Shown piece after piece: positions 12,662-24,931 of a stretch of 64,000 bases of DNA. The position numbers were made by a program, and so were the translations under genes. Each line of letters begins with the position of its first letter. Positions within the stretch are counted from its first letter, which is position 1. This stretch comes from Octopus sinensis (Eukaryota): positions 89,590,001 through 89,654,000 of the forward strand of contig NC_043001.1 in NCBI RefSeq assembly GCF_006345805.1. The letters run 5' to 3'. Below the pieces are notes generated by a model. It was not told where the DNA came from and searched no databases. It worked only from the letters and a program-made list of their open reading frames with translations.

Positions 12662-13033
12662 CTAAACTTTCTCACCAGTTTCTGTTTCTGATTTTTCACT
12701 AGACTGATTACAATCATTCTGTATTTCAGTACAGTTAGATCTATTAATGTTTGACTTGTCCTTAGAATTAGCACTTAGTTCATTTTTAGAGTCAGATTTA
12801 GCAAGAGTGCTGGCATGAATGATATCAGTGTCAGGTGTGCTCTCTGTTAGAGCTGTAGCATTTGGTTGTTCTTCTGTGGTTTCACATTGATTTGCAGCCA
12901 GACGTTGCAGTGCTTTGGCTGTCTCCTGTAGATTGTACTTGCGGAACTTGTAGAAATCTTTCACAACACTTAGGCAGCAAAATCCTTTCAGGAACTCTAC
13001 AATGACAATAAAGTCTGGTGCACTGTAGTTAAC
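12662..13033 (-). CDS. THUMPD1: THUMP domain-containing protein 1, last coding exon
   Basis: Acceptor ttttttacag|GTT. VNYSAPDFIVIVEFLKGFCCLSVVKDFYKFRKYNLQE matches the THUMPD1/Tan1 C-terminal motif (CCLSVV..Y..RKYNLQE), followed by an acidic tail and TAG. Confidence 0.93.
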   Translation of the reverse strand, partial: VNYSAPDFIVIVEFLKGFCCLSVVKDFYKFRKYNLQETAKALQRLAANQCETTEEQPNATALTESTPDTDIIHASTLAKSDSKNELSANSKDKSNINRSNCTEIQNDCNQSSEKSETETGEKV

Positions 13034-13959
13034 CTGTAAAAAACAAGTAAGACATTTCATAAGATCATCAACAGTAGGCTGTTATTTTTTTTTTTATGTA
13101 CAAGTGGTTGATCAATGATCTTTTGGTCTGAAACTACAGTTATTCCCCAAAACACCTAATTGAGTTAGTCTGACTTGGTAAGAGGTTCTTGTGTTATGAA
13201 AGATTTACAAAACATAAAGTTTTGAGATGTGAATATAAACTTATTTAACCATATGACTTCTAGAGAATTATGGCTGCTTCACATTATTCTTCATGTAGTA
13301 TTAATTTCAATATACAAGAAATTATACATGTGTTAGGCGCATGATTCTCAGAATCCATATTATCATCATCATTTAACATCCATTATCTATGCTACTGGCA
13401 AAGCGTCACACCAAGTTACATAGTCTGTTTTGGCATGGTTTCTACAACTGGATGCCCTTCCTAATACCAGCCACTTTAGAGAGTGTACTGGGTGTTTTTT
13501 ACATGGTACCATTACTATATATATATATTTGTGTTAGCGTTTCCTTATCTTAACACCTCATGATAGTTGTAAATGAGAGTGAACATTATAAAATTGATGC
13601 CATTCATTTACAATCGTCCATGAAAAACAGGCCTTGCCATGAGGGAAATATTACCTTACTTAGAAATAATGAAGGGCATCTGACCATAGAAAACCTGCCT
13701 GACTCATGAAAACATGAAATAGTGGACATTAAAATGATGAGTGATGTGACCTACTTTAAAACTGAAGAAAGCAAAGGAATGTGGAAGATAACAATGGCTG
13801 CTGTAATGTTTAAATTTTAGTTCTGCAAATCTTAACCAGCAGCATGGCATCTGGTATAAATCAACAATTATCAAGACTATAATTATCATCCTATAATAAT
13901 TTTTTTTTTACTGGTTTGGTCTACTGGAAGGGGTTGCGCTAATGGCTCTCATAGGTCTT

Positions 13960-14530
13960 CCAAGGATGTAGCTAATGCTCTTTTTGGATAATTGCAAGAA
14001 AAACATAAGCAGGGAGAGAATTCCACAGGGTTGATGTTCTGGAGAGAAAGGACCTTGAGAGTTATACACAGTATAGAGGAAAGACAAGTAAGTTCACGTG
14101 AGTGTGATTCATGAAAGTGGTGAAAGAGCCACTACAAGTGAGGAGCAGGTGTTTCAGTAATAGAAGGGCAAAGACAGAGTGAGATGCCAGCATGTCTGCA
14201 AGCCAAAGGTTGATATCTGCCAATGAGTGATATCATATCAATCAGTTAGACGGCCTTTTTATTGGATGTTTGCAGCTGTTCCAAGAAAAATTATAGCAGT
14301 GGTGTTGGTGCATGAAAAGGTAGTAAGGGATTGAGCAACATGAGAACATGAGCAAGAAGAGGTATTCAAAAATAATGTCTTTTGTAGTAAAGAAATGGGT
14401 ATTTCATTTGATGTTAATAGTACAAAGAATACACTACAGATTCTGGAGGGAGAGCTTGATAAGTCAACTCCAGTAAGGTGAGGAAATATACAAAAATGAT
14501 ATAAAGTTAACATATGGAAACATCATTTCT
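13960..14530 (-). mobile_element. Degraded LINE (Jockey/CR1 group) RT C-terminal fragment
   Basis: Broken translation CSHV...IQ*KAV*LID...QPLA.R...SFLSRTSTLWNSLPA matches LINE ORF2 C-terminal motifs. Confidence 0.5.
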
Positions 14531-14704
14531 AAAGTGCATCATTACTAGATTTTAAAGGCATCCACAACAAAATTAAACTTAAAAACATCATCAATAAACT
14601 CAGTTTAAGATTATCACAGATATATCAGATGTTTTTAACACTTAAGAACATCTGATTCATCTGTGATAGTCTTGAACTATAAACCTGGTTTTAAAGGTAT
14701 GACA

Positions 14705-15110
14705 AATAGGTGCAGACTTGGCTGTGTGGTAAGAAGTTTGCTTCCCAACCACATGGTTCTAGGTTCAATCCCACTGCATGGCATCTTGGATAAGTATCTT
14801 CTACAATAGCCTCAGGGCATTGAAAGCCTTGTGGGGATTTGGTAGAGAGAAAGAAGCCTGTTGTATATACGTATCTGTGTGTGTATTTGGTTCTTGACAT
14901 TTTGTGATAGTTGTAAATGAGTGTCACTGTTGTAGAAGGAGTGCCATTCATTTCTAAATCTGGAAAAACATATATGGCCTTAGGAAAATATTACCTTGCT
15001 TGGAAGGTGAGGGTTGATGATAGGAGAGGCATCCAGCTGAAGAAAATCTGCATCAATAAACTGTCAAACCCACACAAGTATAGCAAAGTGAATATTAAAA
15101 TGGTGATGGT
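14705..15110 (+). mobile_element. Degenerate SINE (family A head with family C-like tail)
   Basis: GGCTGTGTGGTAAGAAGTTTGC...GGTTCAATCCCACTG head and GGCATCCAGCTG core. Confidence 0.6.
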
Positions 15111-15248
15111 AATGAAGAACAAACTAACAAACCAAATTTTCAAGGTAATAAGCAAACCAAGTTTTGAAACATGATAAACAGAATTTTAAACGTGTGTTCA
15201 AACTAAATTGTAAAACATTAACGCAACAGATTTATATACATCACCAAC

Positions 15249-15725
15249 CTTATTCAAGGGATTCATCTCTTCAATAATCTGACAGATATTCCGAATTACA
15301 TCATCACGGGACACTCTAGCTGACATACGAGCCTTAAATGAAATGCCATATGTTGTTGTTGTTCCAAAAGGTGTGGAGAAATATGAATCCAGGAGATCCG
15401 TGGCCACCTTTGTGATCTCTGCCAAATCGATACGACAAATGGTACTCACTGGAAGGACACGAAGACTATAGCGTGTCTTTTGGACTTGACTTTGGTAAAT
15501 ATCACCGAGAATGTGATGAATTAATTCACATGGCTTCTCTAGGGTAGTCTTGATGAATAGACAGTTCTTTGTGCCACTGTCCACCTGCTGGAACCGCCGT
15601 TCAGCAGGTTTTTCCTCTTTCAAGGCTTTCACTTCTCGTTCAAGTTCATCTTCAATCTCACCAGCTGATTCTTCTGAATCTTCTTTGTCATCATTAGATT
15701 CCAAATTCTTTGATGTCACCTCTGT
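15249..15725 (-). CDS. THUMPD1: THUMP domain-containing protein 1, second coding exon (159 codons, phase 0-0)
   Basis: Acceptor tttag|ACA and donor AAG|gttggt. Contains ERRFQQVDSGTKNCLFIKT and KTRYSLRVLPVSTIC, THUMPD1 signature motifs. Confidence 0.95.
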
Positions 15726-15819
15726 CTAAATCAGATAAAATATCAGAAAAACAAAATAAAGTAATTTTAATTTCTTAAATATGGTGGGAAGGGGAGGAAT
15801 GTCAGTCAACTAAACAGAC

Positions 15820-15975
15820 CAGTAGTTTCCAACCTGGGGTCTGTGGACTCCTGGTGGTCCATGAACAAAATTCAAAATTTCATACACACACACACACACA
15901 CATATACATAAGGATAAGCATATTAAAAGGGGTCAGTGGGAAAACTCAATTAAATAAAAGGGTTGGAAACCACTG
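15820..15975. mobile_element. hAT (Charlie-like) MITE
   Basis: TIRs CAGTAGTTTCCAACC / GGTTGGAAACCACTG. 8-bp TSD AAACAGAC (15812-15819) / GAACAGAC (15976-15983). Confidence 0.8.
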
Positions 15976-17496
15976 GAACAGACCTGAGTACATAACTGGT
16001 GCCTTACTTAATCAACACCAGAGAGATGTTGAATTCAGTGGGATTTGAATTGAGAATGTAAAAAGCAGTCTGACAAATGATGTAATGATTCTGCCTTTTA
16101 AAAGATGTTTCTGATTTCGAGAGGTGGGGAAGGATAAGTTGATACCATCAACCTTAGTACATATTTATTTTAATGATCTCAGAAAGATGAAAAGCTAAGT
16201 TGATCTCAGCACAAGCAGACATGAGATCTTCATTCCACTCCATTCAGCAACAATCAGCTGGAATTACTTTAGCATTTAAACCGGCCATATCTGGTCAAAA
16301 TATTCTACCTGTTTTATGTTCAACCAGGTCAAATCTGGCCCCTCACATCTATCCTACAATGTCATTCTAAAAATAAACTACCATGTCATCAGAATCTAGA
16401 AGCTACAAGATAATTCATGATTAATTTGAAACAATGTGAATAAATAAATATTACATTTAGCAGAATAATCTCAACAGTGCCTTAAATGTTGAAAGCATTC
16501 AATGATATCCACAAAAAAGGTAAAAAAAAATCAAAATCAAAAAGAAAATGATTTCCACTTTAGTTTTACTGTGTAGCACCTTGGGTATGCATTCTGTTAT
16601 GGCCCCAGACCAACCAAAGCCTTATGAGTGAATCTGATAGACAAAAACTAAGCAGAAACCCTGTATGTGTGTGTTTACATTTGTGCTCTATGAAAGTCAC
16701 CAACTACAAGCAGAGTTCTTGGCGTTGCTTCATTTCTCCAACCAGCAAATAGTTTGCTCACTTTTGCAGGGGTATGAAATAAGGGATACTTGTGAAACAG
16801 GTAAGGGGTAGCATCAAGAAGAGTATCTAGCTGTAAAACAATGCTTCAGTAACATATTCATCTACCCCATGCTAATATGGATAAACAAAAGTCCAAACAT
16901 GGTCAAATACCCACTAACTGGCTCATGCTGGTGGCACATAAAAAGCACTATCTGAACATGATTGATGCCAGGCCTGCTTGACTGGTTCCTGTGCCAGTGG
17001 CATGTAAAAGCACCCACTACACTCTTGGAGTGGTTGGCATTAGGAAGGGCATCCAGCTGTAGAAACATTGCCAGATAAGATTGGAGGCTGGTGCAGCCGA
17101 TGGCTCTCCAGACCTCAGTCAAACTGTCCAACCCATGCCAGCATGGAAAATGAACGTTAAACGGTGATGATAATGATGACCAAAAGGACCTCAAAATAAT
17201 AGGAAGTGTTACTATGGACTATATTGAGTTCAGTATTTTACTAGTATTTATTTTATTGACCCTGAAAGGATGAAAGTCATCAAACCTTGCACAAGGATTG
17301 AAATATGAAGAGAGGGCTAGATATTACATCGATCCCAATGCTCAACTGGTACTTATTTTATTGATACCCAAAAAGATGAAAGGCAAAGTTGACCTTGGTG
17401 ACATTTGAATTCAGAATGCAAAGTATTTTCTCCAGCACAGTAATGATTCTACCAGTCTGTCGCCTTACAAAAGATACTATTAATAAACAAACTCAC

Positions 17497-17706
17497 ATGC
17501 TCAGGTCCATATAATATATCGGCGTATTCATTGAGAAGATTATACATTTCCTTAACAGCTTGACTTTCATTGCGATTACATGTCACCAGAAAACCTCGCA
17601 TCCCAACATCTATGGAGTTCCATTTCTTACGTTTCTTATACATACATTTCTTATAATAGGTACGTGATCTCTTGCAGCCACTCTTTGGTCCATCATTGCC
17701 TCCCAT
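17497..17706 (-). CDS. THUMPD1: THUMP domain-containing protein 1, first coding exon (70 codons)
   Basis: ATG at 17706, with an acceptor (ttacag|) opening the exon at 17723 and donor CAT|gtgagt. GMRGFLVTCNRNE...KEMYNLLNEYADILYGPE is the THUMPD1 N-terminal motif. Joined CDS is 352 aa. Confidence 0.95.
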
Positions 17707-18803
17707 TCTGATGTTTATGCAACCTGTAACATAATGTAACTGAACAATTAAAGTGTTTCACTCACATAACTGTTGATTAATACTTTTGGAGTAAAGGTAG
17801 GTCTTTGAATAGAGATAGATTATTGGAAAAATGTAAAGTAGGGGTTGGGTTCTTAGTAGAGGTAAGTTTTTGGTGTACAGGTAACAATAGGTATTTCAAG
17901 CAGATGTAGGCTTTGGATATAAATACATTCTTTGGGATGGTTAAGAAGTTTGTTTCTCAGCAACATGGTTTTGGGTTCAGTTTTGGATAAGTGTCTTCTA
18001 CTATAGTCCCAGGCCGACTAAAGCTTTGTGAGTGCATTTGGTAGACGGAAACTTATAGAAGTTTGTCGTATGTATGTGTGAGTGTGTATATTTGTGTCTC
18101 TTTGTCTTGTCATAACATGATATCTATACATGAGTGGCATTGTCATACAGTTATTCGTTCCTATTCATATTTTAACTGAATGCCCGAGTAACGAATAACA
18201 TCATCAAATGCTGACTGATAGCGACAGTAACGTTACAACGAAACTCTATATTAAATGCAATAACCAAAATAACTGTGGACCTAAGACATAAAACTTGGCA
18301 ACTTGAGAATGAAACTGAGTGGTGGAAGCATTACAATCAAAAGGCTTCCTTCAGTAACTTACCCAGGATGCAACTGGAACCATGAACTAAGTCAGTAGAA
18401 GAGGGGCTAGTATCGCACATATAACATTTTGCAGGACCTACCCCTCCCAAAAGGCAGTTTAAACGATTTAATATGCTTAACATGAAGGCCTAAAGAGAAA
18501 GTATATTTAAAATCGTCATTTTCAAAAGACATTTACTACCCAACCAAACTTTCAGTGTAGTTTTTTTGTTGAGACCCATATCACCTTAGATCGAGCAAAC
18601 CTACGATCAAATGAGTTCCAGTTGTGACCATTTCGTCTTTCCGCATTTCAGAGATTAGATTGTCTAATATATCCTTCATTTATGACGGTAGGGTGTGATG
18701 AGAAGGAGATATGTCTATCATTTTTAACAGGCTGAGCGACTGCGTAGACATTCCTTTGTTATTTTGCCGCCTTTATAATAGAGAGCAGGGTTTATATATA
18801 TAT

Positions 18804-18839
<36 letters not shown>

Positions 18840-19235
18840 GTGTTGTATTGATGTAGCGAATATATATTCTCGTTTATTAAAATTACGGGACACTTTTGTA
18901 TTTGTGGGTGGAGGACTGTAAGTTAGGGAGTTGGAATACTATGGCATTAGCAACCTAACTGAAAGCACAATTGAGGAACCAAAACCAGCACATGTAGGAA
19001 GTACTGAATACCTTGTAAACTGGCTAGAGCATAGTATATTACTGAGACACACATTAACAATCCACAATTGAGGGATGGAACCAAAGGATAAAGACTAGCG
19101 AAATTTCAAAAGCTCAATAATAATAGAATAAGCTAGTTACATAGTTACCGGTTAATATTTATACATGTGTCAGCTATTAGTTAATAGATCAGTTAACAAA
19201 CTTGTGCCGGTTGTTATAAATATAGTTATACATAC

Positions 19236-19330
19236 CTTCCGATTTATATATGTATATATTCGAAACAACAGAAATTCAACGATATGCAGAAATAAACAAG
19301 AACGACACGAAAGAACACGTGGTGCGTTTG
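19236..19330 (-). other. Candidate non-coding first exon / promoter region of THUMPD1
   Basis: The ATG exon starts with a splice acceptor, so an upstream exon is implied. Donor-like AAG|gtatgt at 19236/19235 in a locally CpG-retaining stretch. 5' boundary is a guess. Confidence 0.4.
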
Positions 19331-19428
19331 TTTGTAATTTGTCAGTAATCTCCCTTGATATTTTAATTATCTCCCTTGTCAACTTACTGCTTCAAGGCTA
19401 AAACGACTTCCTAAACGTCAAATCTGTA

Positions 19429-19816
19429 TACTCTTTACTCTTTTCAGTCATTTGACTGCGGCCATGCTGAAGCACCGCCTTTAGTCAAGCAAATCGACCC
19501 CAGGTCTTATTCTTTGTAAGCCTAGTACTTATTCTATCGGTTTCTTTTGCCTAACCGCTATGTTACGGGGACGTAAACACACCAGCATCGGTTGTCAAGC
19601 GATGTTGGGAGGACAAACACAGACACACAAACAGATACACACGTATACATATATACGACGGGCTTCTTTCAGTTTCCCTCTACCAAATTCACTCACAAGG
19701 CTTTTGTTGGCCCTAGGCTATAGTAGAAGACACTTGTCCAAAGTATCACACTGTGGGAATGAACCCGGAACCATGTGGTTGGTAAGCAAGCTACTTACTA
19801 CACAGCCATTCCTGCA
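19429..19816 (-). mobile_element. SINE family A, full length
   Basis: tRNA-derived head, internal microsatellite linker, tail ...GCTCCAGCATGGCCGCAGTCAAATGACTGAAA with GAGTA(A)n repeats. Homologous copies at 30667-31081, 54103-54330 and 57522-58104. Confidence 0.85.
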
Positions 19817-21691
19817 CCTATGTTTGAATTATTTTACTTATTGAGTCAGGGTGGTGGTTCCTATGCCTTCAACTTCTCCTAAATCAGTGAAACTGATGTT
19901 TTTGAAAGTCAACATTTGTTGGAAAGATGTGAAGTAACAGAGGTCCAACATTCTTCAGAGAAAGGACGGGATGAAGTCATTAGAGCAGGAGCTAAGGGAG
20001 GTGGCAGTGGTGCAGGACATTGCAGAGTAATGGGAAGAGAGATGAGTTGGAATACCAGCCTGGAGGTAGCATGATTTTAACTAGCTCTAAGGAGCAAAGG
20101 CCATTATAGTAGAAGTATTGATAGAAAAAGCAGAAGGGGGAGACTGCACACTTGTGGACTAGAAGTAGGAGTTCGTTTATGTATGCATGCATATATGTGT
20201 ATCAGTGCACATATGTATGCTGCTACTGCTCCTGCTACTAATGATGATGATGATCACCTCCACCACCCACACACATATTATTCTTTAGCCCTTAATCTTT
20301 GGTTTTGATGCAATAGAAAATGTATACCCCTACTTGGATGATATCTGGATTTTATTACAGATACATTGTTGAATAGTTTTATCATGACCACCTTAGCCTC
20401 ATAGTAGAAATAGGCATTATGAAGTTTCTTTTTATATAAAAGTGCCCCAATCTTATGGATCAGATTGTTTCCTTTTTCTCTTACTGGGTCCTTAAATTCT
20501 TTTTTAAATTTTAATATTTTAATAGATAAATTTTGCTAAGTTAAGATGCCCCCCACCCATATTCCTAATTCCCACACTTAGATCTCAATGTGATCTCCTT
20601 TGTTCTCCATTTTAAGCCCCTTTTAGTTGATAATCATAATATGTTAAGCCACCCCACCCGTCCTCTTTCTAGTTATTACCCCGCCTTTATATCATTATCT
20701 TACTAGCATCTTCTGACTGATTTTATGGTCATAGTGAAATAGGGGTAGCGAAGAGTATCTAACATTAATTAATTTATCACCAACAAGAACTTAACTGTTA
20801 ATTCCCAATGGTTTTGATTCTAAGGGGATATAGTCTACTTGCTGCATTGGGTCTGTTGAATGTGATAAGGATAAAAATGAATGTGTCTATATCACCATTT
20901 CTCTTTACTGACCCCCATTATTTCCTTCTGCCACTCTAAATTATAGTAGACTTTAGGTATTTTTTCCCTATATTCATTCTGATACAATAACAGAAAAAAG
21001 AAACAATATATTGTAGTCCTTAGTATTGATGAAAAACTTGCGAAAAAATTATGATGGAGTATCTGTATGTTGGAAATCTATATGGTCATATCCATCTGAG
21101 TAGAGTGGTTTATTTCAAATTGATGTAATATTTGCATTGATCGATGAAATGGAGCCACTTGAAACAGCTGTAATGCATCGATTACCTGGACATCCTTGTT
21201 ACTTATTTGCTTTATATATATATATATATATAATCATCACCAAGACATACAAGAAAACTCACACCTCTATGTACAATGACATAAATGCAGAAGTGAAGGA
21301 GCTATCCATGTGATACAGATATATATATAAAAAAAAACATAAATTCAAAATGACAAAGAACATTTCAAATAACCACTCCTAAAACACCCTCTTTCCAAAA
21401 CCCAAGGAAACAAATTCAACTCCAGATTTTTTTTTCGGCTAGCTCATATAAAAAAAGGTATGAGTTTTATATATGAAATTATTCTTGATGAATCCCTGAA
21501 AGAGATGAAAGCACTAAATAAATACTTTTTATTCAAATCCTAACTACCTTCTTTTTCTTAATATGTATAATCTGTACACCACTTTAAACAATGTACACAC
21601 ACACATGGCACACGTGTACACTAACCTGTACATGAATGCTAACATACACACATATTCACACACACAGACGCACACATATATATGCATATAT

Positions 21692-24600
21692 GTTAGTTAG
21701 TTAGTTAATTTGGCTCAAAAGCAAATAGCAAGGCCATGTAGGGGGACATGGAGTTAAGTACAGGGTGGTGTTCATGTAAAGAGTTTAGGCCACTTGAGGT
21801 CAAGGGAGGCTTTGAACAAAGCGGTTGTCGGCATCTTCACCATCTCGTCTGGCAGCTTGTTCCACGGATCCGCAACCCGGACGGAGAAAGCTCCTCTCCT
21901 TCGATTGAGATGAAATCGTCGCAGGTAGAGCTTTTCGGAATGACCCCGCAGCCGACGCTCTGGAGCAGGAGTGAAGAACAGCTCTTTCGAGAGGTTACAC
22001 TTTCCGCTTATGATGTTGTGGGCGAGAATGAGATCACCACGGCGGCGGCATTTTTCAAGAGAATAAAGGTCGAGCGTTCTCAGCCTTTCTTTGTAGGACA
22101 AATTTTTGAGACCATGAACCATGCGGGTAGCCAGCTTCTGGACTCTTTCGAGATGCTGTATGTCTTTGAAGAGATAAGGAGAAGAGGCTTGAATCCCATA
22201 CTCCAATATGGGTCTCACCAGCATGACATAGAGTGGTAGGAATATGGCTGCTGCGAGCATTCCAAATGACCGTCGAATCAAGAACAGAATTCCGCGTGCT
22301 TTGTTGGCAGCATGGATGCACTGGGCCGAAGGCGAAAAGGAGGAATCCACCAAGATACCTAGGTCCTTTACCTGATCGGTCCTCTCCAGCAGCAGACGAC
22401 CCGGCTCGAAATCAAGTTGAGTTGCAGGAGTAGAGCCGACAGGCAGATGACAGCACTTTGACACGTTCAGACACAGGTCCCAATTGTTAGACCACTTCCA
22501 AATTTGGTGGAGGCATCGACGAAGATCCTCTATATTACCGCGAGGAGCGACCAGTTTGATATCGTCGGCAAATAGAAGGGTGTGTTGCGTGAGATCGTCG
22601 GGCAAGTCATTTATGAAGACTAAGAACAACAAGGGCCCAAGCACTGAACCTTGAGGCACGCCACTGCTCGCACTGGAGACGTCGGACCGCGAACTATTAA
22701 CTTGGACTTGGAAGAAGCGATCTGAGAGGAAGGCACCAACCCATCGTACAATATCCGGATGGAAACTATATGCTTGAAGCTTGACAAGCAATAGGCGGTG
22801 GTTTACCGAGTCAAAAGCTTTGGCAAAGTCCAGTAAAACGATGTCAACAGCATCACTATCATCGAGGATGCGCGTCACCAATTCTTCCATTACTAGTAGG
22901 TTGGTCAAGCATGATCTCTTCGGCACGAAGCCGTGTTGGGAATCAGAGATAGAGGCTGTGTTTAGGAGGTGGAGCATCATACTTTTCTTAAGGATGGTTT
23001 CGAACATCTTGCTGATAATTGATGTAAGGGAAACCGGTCGGTAGTTAAGCGGGTCTTCGCGGCTCTCTTTCTTGAAAATTGGGCAGATTATCGCTGTTCT
23101 CCAGTCTGCAGGTATAACACCCGTCGCCAATGACATATTGAATAGTCGTGTTAAGGGCTCGCAGATGACCGGAGCCAACGCTTTGATAACCCGTGGGTGT
23201 ATGCCGTCAGGGCCGTGACCTTTGTTGACATCGAGGCCTTGAATAACACGTTTGACTTCGTCCCGCGTGATGACCAATCGAAGCATTGGAGGTACCGATC
23301 TATCAAATGGAGGGGGTTCACGACCATCATCTTGTTTGAAAATAGTTGGAAAAGCCTCGGCAAATAATTGACTCTGTTGATAAGGGTCCTCAATCGATAC
23401 GCCTGTTGAGTCTACCAACGTTGCAATCTGGTTGTTCAAGCGGGAATTCCGCTGGACATGGGCAAAGAAGGTTTTTGGATTGCTACTGGCATTTGCCACG
23501 ATTTTGTATTCGTAACTGAAGCGTTCTTTCTTTTCAATTTTCACGGCTCGGTCTCGTTGAGTTTTGTACACCTCAAAAGCTGCAGTCGAATCTAGATTTT
23601 TGAATTCAGCCCAAGCAATATCTCTGAGTCGACGTTCTCGTTTAACCTTCTTCGTCACCCAGGGCTTGTGTTTCTTCCTCTTGGGAAGCCCAACGGGAAC
23701 TGCCTGGTCAGTCAAACAGATTACATATGCTTTGAGGGATGACCATAGTTCGTCAACTGAGGACAACGTCATCAGGGATGGCCAGTCCAGAAGCGCGGAA
23801 GCCTCGGTTAGAATTTCAAGATTAATTGCAGAGAAGACTCTACGTGGCAGCAAAGTAGTCGTGGGCGTAGAAAAAGTTGTGTGCATGACGAACTTCAGGA
23901 CCGCATGATCACTCTTGGCAAGAGGGGCGCACACAGATACGTCTGACACTGATCTTGGATAGCGGGAGAATACCAGATCTAGCATAGATGGCTGCTGCCC
24001 AGACCGATGCCTTGTCGGATATTCAACATGTTGCGATAGAAAACAATCTTCAGCCACGTCAAGAAGGGCCTGGCCGAACCGGGAAGATGTTGTACAAATT
24101 GATGCGGGCCAATCGATCGTGGGAGCGTTGAAGTCTCCTAGTACCAAACAGTCATGCGAAGCTGAAACGAATCTTATCGCTTCGAGTAGATGAGCATCGT
24201 CCTGGGGGTCGGCAAGAGGCGGCCTGTAGACAGCCAACACGGGCAGGCAAAACTCAGATAGGCTCAGCTTGCAATAGACGGCATCGAATTTTGTTGTAGG
24301 CTGAGCATTAGTGGGTAGAATACCGCTGGACGGTTTGTGCTCAGACTTAACATACACAGCAACACCTCCACCTCGCCTTTTTCCTGTCACATCTGAAAAG
24401 GACGTAGCCCTGCAGGTGGATTTCTGAGTCCTTTACTGCTGGAGTCAGCCAAGTCTCGGTGATAGCTATCACATCAGGGGAGTCACGTATGGCCAGTGTA
24501 AATAGTTTACTGAACTTTAGGAATAAGGAGCACGAGTTGGTGTAGACGATGCTGAGCTCTGAAGTCTGAGGGGCGGGAGTTGGGGAGCAAGCAGAATAAG

Positions 24601-24692
24601 GGGTATCAGTGATAGCATCATTGACGGGGGTATCAACTTCACTTCGATTTGCCCTCACATCACTTTCCCTGTCAGCACTACAGCATGGGACC
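21692..24692 (-). mobile_element. 5'-truncated CR1-group LINE (APE endonuclease + RT) with (TAAC)n tail
   Basis: ORF2 motifs, short 3'UTR with stem-loop CCATGT-N6-ACATGG (21734-21751), and a (TAAC)4 tail at 21692-21707. Much richer in GC and CpG than the flanks. Confidence 0.95.
21772..24560 (-). pseudogene. LINE ORF2 (endonuclease-reverse transcriptase) with one frameshift at ~24380
   Basis: APE motifs IVYTN, DVIAITETWL, RRGGGVAVYV, LGDFN and SDH. RT motifs NYRPVSLTS, QHGF, LDFAKAFDSV, GVPQGSVLGP and LFADD. ORFs 24347..24694 and 21772..24390 join across an A5 run. Confidence 0.92.
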
Positions 24693-24931
24693 ATGACAGG
24701 CTTCTTTCAGTTTCTGTGTGCCAAATCCACTTGCATGGCTTTGGTCAACCTGGACCTATCATAGGTACCATATAGTGAGACTGAACCTAAGAACATATGG
24801 TGAGGAAGCAAGCTTCTCAACCATGCTTGCACCTATAAAATAATTTATATTTATACAGCATTTATATTTATTCATATTATCATTTATGTTTATATTTCGT
24901 AATTACACTATATATTTTAAATCGACAAACC

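Noticed and set aside
21485-21520. Further degenerate hammerhead-like motifs (also near 7860, 25763, 29660, 39085 and 54490)
   Set aside because: Core nucleotides or stems are incomplete, so they cannot be distinguished from decay or chance by eye.
21748-23908. Plus-strand ORFs overlapping the LINE
   Set aside because: They are antisense shadows of the GC-rich ORF2 with no independent motifs.
24347-24400. Programmed ribosomal frameshift in LINE ORF2
   Set aside because: It lies inside the APE domain at a short A run with no slippery heptamer; mutation or sequencing error is simpler.
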